DNA of 48,781 bases from Pseudomonadota bacterium (GTDB lineage Bacteria > Pseudomonadota > Gammaproteobacteria > Chromatiales > Chromatiaceae). The notes beneath the pieces are model-generated. The model had not been told where the DNA came from. It worked only from the letters and a program-made list of their open reading frames with translations, and made no database searches. How positions within the stretch are numbered: the first letter of the stretch is position 1; the number at the start of each line of letters is the position of its first letter. The position numbers and the translations under genes are program-made. The DNA lies in NCBI GenBank assembly GCA_039714995.1, contig JBDLII010000001.1, positions 1 through 48,781 of the forward strand. The letters run 5' to 3'. Below are positions 45,890-48,781 of this stretch, one piece after another.

Positions 45890-46366
45890 ATGGACCAGGA
45901 TGCTTTTCGTGAAACCTACCATGAGGTCAATGAGCGGTTCTGCGCATTTGAAAAAGCCGTGCTGACACTGCAGTGCCAATGCAGTGAAGCAGAGAAGTTC
46001 TGCATCGCCGAGCGTGAAGGCGTCCATTGCAATTCGGATGCCGGGCAGCGGCAGTGCCTGCAACTGCTTGAAGTGCTGCGCAGCCAGGCGCGTTTTGCCC
46101 TGCGGGCGACATCCAGTGAGCAAAAAAAACTGTTGCCGCACGGCAAGGCGATCCGTATCCAGGTTGGCGGCTTAAGGGGCCTGCATGTTGCGCTCAATCC
46201 GGATCACCCCATCCCGGCCAGGATAGAGAATGTCAACGCGCTTGTCAGCCGCGCAGTCGAACGCTTCGGCAGCCTGGAGCGACTCCCCTTCTCCCTGATC
46301 ATGCAGCAGGTCTCCGCCTATCAACCCAGAATCCGTGCGCGTCACAAAAGAGGCGATAAATCTTGA
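45890..46366 (+). CDS. Hypothetical protein with a six-Cys N-terminal region
   Basis: Track ORF of 158 aa. Six Cys fall within residues 18-56 (..RFCAF..LQCQCSEAEKFCIAEREGVHCNSDAGQRQC..). It starts 5 nt after the hslR stop, and its own stop overlaps the next start as TTGA. No family was recognised. Confidence 0.5.
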   Translation: MDQDAFRETYHEVNERFCAFEKAVLTLQCQCSEAEKFCIAEREGVHCNSDAGQRQCLQLLEVLRSQARFALRATSSEQKKLLPHGKAIRIQVGGLRGLHVALNPDHPIPARIENVNALVSRAVERFGSLERLPFSLIMQQVSAYQPRIRARHKRGDKS

Positions 46367-47205
46367 CCACGCTGTTTGTCAAGGGCCTGACCGTCCTGGA
46401 TTTCTCCTATCTGCACCACGCCAGAGGACTGCTTGGCGAGAGCTGGAGTCTCGATATCACCCTGACCGGCGATCTCGATCAACAGGGGATGGTGCTTGAT
46501 TTCGCCGCCGTCAAACGCCAGGTCAAAACACTGGTCGATCTTGAATTCGACCACAAGCTGATTGTTCCCGTGAAGGCATCTGCTGTGACCATCAATCAGC
46601 AGCAAGAGCACTGCACGCTGCGATTTGATTACGGCACCCCCCAGGCCTGCATTGAGCATCACTCTCCGGCGTCGGCGCTCTGCCTGCTGCCGGCTGACAG
46701 CGTCACGCCGGAGAGCGTTGCAGCTGCAATCACGGCCTCGCTGTCAAAAGAGATGCCTGCAAATGTCTCCCACCTGAAGATCAGCCTCTCTCCCGAGCAG
46801 ATTGAAGGTCCCTGCTACCACTACAGCCATGGCCTGAAGCATCACCAGGGGAATTGTCAACGTATAGCCCACGGACATCGCTCGAGAATCGAAATCCGGC
46901 GTGACGGTCACCGCAGCCATCGGCTCGAGACACTCTGGGCGGAAAAATGGCGGGATATCTATATTGGCAACAGCGAGGACCTGGTCAATCGAGAGGGAGG
47001 CCGGCACCTCTATCGCTACCTGGCATCCCAGGGAGATTTCGCACTGCAGTTACCCGCCAGCCGCTGCTATGACATCGACACCGACTCGACGGTTGAAAAC
47101 CTGGCGCAGCACATCGCCGACTCACTGAAGCAGCAGCACCCTGAAAGCACCTTCGAGGTCCTTGCCTATGAAGGGATCGGCAAGGGAGCTGTTGGCAAGA
47201 GCTAA
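46363..47205 (+). CDS. Tandem (two-domain) 6-pyruvoyl-tetrahydropterin/6-carboxytetrahydropterin synthase-like T-fold protein
   Basis: Track ORF of 280 aa with a TTG start. The N-terminal half, TTLFVKGLTVLDFSYLHH...GMVLDFAAVK...DHKLIV, parallels QueD (TTLFKDFTFEAAHRL..) but has GES where HGH is expected. The second half carries CQRIAHGHRSRIEI. Confidence 0.65.
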   Translation: MTTLFVKGLTVLDFSYLHHARGLLGESWSLDITLTGDLDQQGMVLDFAAVKRQVKTLVDLEFDHKLIVPVKASAVTINQQQEHCTLRFDYGTPQACIEHHSPASALCLLPADSVTPESVAAAITASLSKEMPANVSHLKISLSPEQIEGPCYHYSHGLKHHQGNCQRIAHGHRSRIEIRRDGHRSHRLETLWAEKWRDIYIGNSEDLVNREGGRHLYRYLASQGDFALQLPASRCYDIDTDSTVENLAQHIADSLKQQHPESTFEVLAYEGIGKGAVGKS

Positions 47206-47313
47206 GAAGGTTCTGGATTTCTGTCAGTTGCGCTATCATATGCGGTTTAGTTGATTCATTTGCGCAGGGCGCAGCGAAGCACTCCTTTTCCGTCAACACA
47301 TCGCAGAGAGACC

Positions 47314-48781
47314 ATGAAAATTCTATTCGCTGCCAGCGAAGCCTATCCGCTGGTGAAAACAGGCGGGCTTGGTGATGTCATCTACAGCCTGCCGCGCACC
47401 CTCAAGGAAGCAGGCGCAGATGTGCGGGTCATTCTGCCGGCTTACCGCTCTGTTCTCGAGAAGGCGCCGGAATCACGCATCATCGCCTGGATGGATGTCA
47501 CCGGCGACGGGCGCACGCACTCTGTACGCATTCTCGAAAGCAGGGATACATCGCTGGGGACGCCACTCTACCTGGTTGACTGTCCGGAGCTCTTTGGCCG
47601 CCCGGGAAATCCCTATCTGCACCCGGATGGTTACGACTGGCCGGATAATGCCGAGCGCTATGCCGTGTTTTCACGCGCTGTCGCTGCCATCTCCTGCTCG
47701 CAACCTGATATCGACTGGCGGCCCGATGTCGTCCATACGCACGACTGGCAGACGGGATTGATCCCCGCCCTGCTGAAGCACCAGGAGGATGCGCCGAGAT
47801 CCGTCTTCACCATCCACAACCTCGCCTATGGCGGCATCTTCTCTTACCAGGATTACATCAACCTGGGGCTTCCCGAATACTGGTGGAGCGCCGAAGGCCT
47901 GGAGTTCCACGGAAATTTTTCCATGCTGAAGGCAGGCCTCATCTATGCCGACCAGGTCACGACAGTCAGCCCGACCTATGCCCGGGAGATTCTGACACCG
48001 CAGTTCGGCTACGGCTTCGAGGGTGTGCTGCACGCGATCGACTACAAGTTGAGCGGCATTCTCAACGGTGTCGACCAGGATGCCTGGAATCCGAAAAGCG
48101 ACCCCTATCTACCCTCGCACTATGCCGTCAATTGGAGAACCTTCAAGGGAAAATGCGACAACAAGGCCGCGCTGCTGACCGAGATGGGCCTCGAAGCGAC
48201 GGATGAGCGCCTGCATGCCCCCCTGTTCGGCCTCATTGGACGCCTGGTAGAGCAGAAGGGGATAGACCTGGTCGCCGAGGTCATCCCGCGTATCATCGAA
48301 ACAAGCGATGCCAGCTTCATCATTCTCGGCTCCGGACAGGACGCCTATGAATACGCCTTTACGGCGCTTGCCCGCCGCTACCCGGAACAAGTGCTGCTCT
48401 ATCTCGGCTATTCCGAGGAGCTTGCACACCGCATAGAAGCCGGGGCCGACTTTTTCCTGATGCCGTCACGCTTCGAGCCCTGCGGCCTCAACCAGCTCTA
48501 TAGCCTGCGTTATGGAACACCGCCAATCGTTCACCACACAGGCGGGCTGGCAGATACCGTTGTCGACACCAACGACGAAACATTTGCACACAAAAAAGCG
48601 ACCGGTTATGTCTTCCATGAGCCCACTGCCGACGCCCTGCAGCACGCGATCGAGCGCGCGATTGGCTGCTACCAGAACGACTACTGCTGGAAGCAGATCG
48701 TACGCACCGGCATGCAGCAGGACTTCAGCTGGACCCAGAGCGCCGCGAGTTACCTCTCTCTGTACCAACAGCAGGAGCAGC
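47314..48781 (+). CDS. glgA: Glycogen synthase (ADP-glucose type), 3-prime end beyond the window
   Basis: Not in the ORF track because it runs off the edge. Hand translation gives MKILFAASEAYPLVKTGGLGDVIYSLP...HTHDWQTGL...GRLVEQKGIDL...MPSRFEPCGLNQLYSLRYGT, which carries the KTGGL and E-x7-E motifs. Confidence 0.9.
   Translation, partial: MKILFAASEAYPLVKTGGLGDVIYSLPRTLKEAGADVRVILPAYRSVLEKAPESRIIAWMDVTGDGRTHSVRILESRDTSLGTPLYLVDCPELFGRPGNPYLHPDGYDWPDNAERYAVFSRAVAAISCSQPDIDWRPDVVHTHDWQTGLIPALLKHQEDAPRSVFTIHNLAYGGIFSYQDYINLGLPEYWWSAEGLEFHGNFSMLKAGLIYADQVTTVSPTYAREILTPQFGYGFEGVLHAIDYKLSGILNGVDQDAWNPKSDPYLPSHYAVNWRTFKGKCDNKAALLTEMGLEATDERLHAPLFGLIGRLVEQKGIDLVAEVIPRIIETSDASFIILGSGQDAYEYAFTALARRYPEQVLLYLGYSEELAHRIEAGADFFLMPSRFEPCGLNQLYSLRYGTPPIVHHTGGLADTVVDTNDETFAHKKATGYVFHEPTADALQHAIERAIGCYQNDYCWKQIVRTGMQQDFSWTQSAASYLSLYQQQEQ

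Noticed and set aside
1-48781. A search for prophage, integron, toxin-antitoxin, restriction-modification or other defence modules, and for tRNA or rRNA genes.
   Set aside because: Every sizeable ORF is accounted for by metabolic, envelope or housekeeping families. I saw no integrase, transposase, nuclease/helicase pairs, cloverleaf-like tRNA sequence or rRNA. The only mobile DNA seen consists of non-autonomous repeats.

Overview
Moderately GC-rich chromosomal window, apparently from a gammaproteobacterial sulfur oxidiser. That assignment is an inference from two things: the Pseudomonas-like gene order rpmF-plsX-fabHDG-acpP-fabF-pabC-mltG-tmk-holB-pilZ-tatD, and the presence of dissimilatory aprBA. 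Content from left to right: (1) an exported DUF255 thioredoxin-like protein, a secreted Cys-rich protein and a DUF971-MoaD-like fusion. (2) leuA-udg-rimI on the minus strand. (3) A tandem glycine riboswitch driving gcvT-gcvH-gcvPA-gcvPB-dgkA. (4) An LPS block: msbA, the ADP-heptose genes gmhB-hldE-gmhA, one GT9, six GT4 glycosyltransferases (five are clear paralogs), a PAPS-type sulfotransferase, a UDP-GlcA 4-epimerase-like gene and ugd. (5) aprBA, closed by its own terminator and flanked by unusual small redox genes. (6) The housekeeping fab/tmk/holB block. (7) grxC, hslR, a Cys-rich ORF coupled to a tandem PTPS-like protein, and the 5-prime part of glgA. I found no prophage, CRISPR array, tRNA, rRNA or recognisable defence system. 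The least ordinary points are: aprBA has no aprM/qmo partner nearby and is instead paired divergently with a CPHC-thioredoxin/HEAT gene coupled to a DUF423 membrane gene; a sulfotransferase sits inside a compositionally mosaic LPS-core glycosyltransferase cluster; a MoaD-like domain lacks the C-terminal Gly-Gly; and several families of ~100-170 bp MITE/REP-like structured repeats are inserted exactly at stop codons and inside the gcv operon. Two edge-truncated genes (1-1649 minus, 47314-48781 plus) and rpmF are missing from the supplied ORF track and were read by hand. All family assignments come from motif recognition by eye, not from searches.
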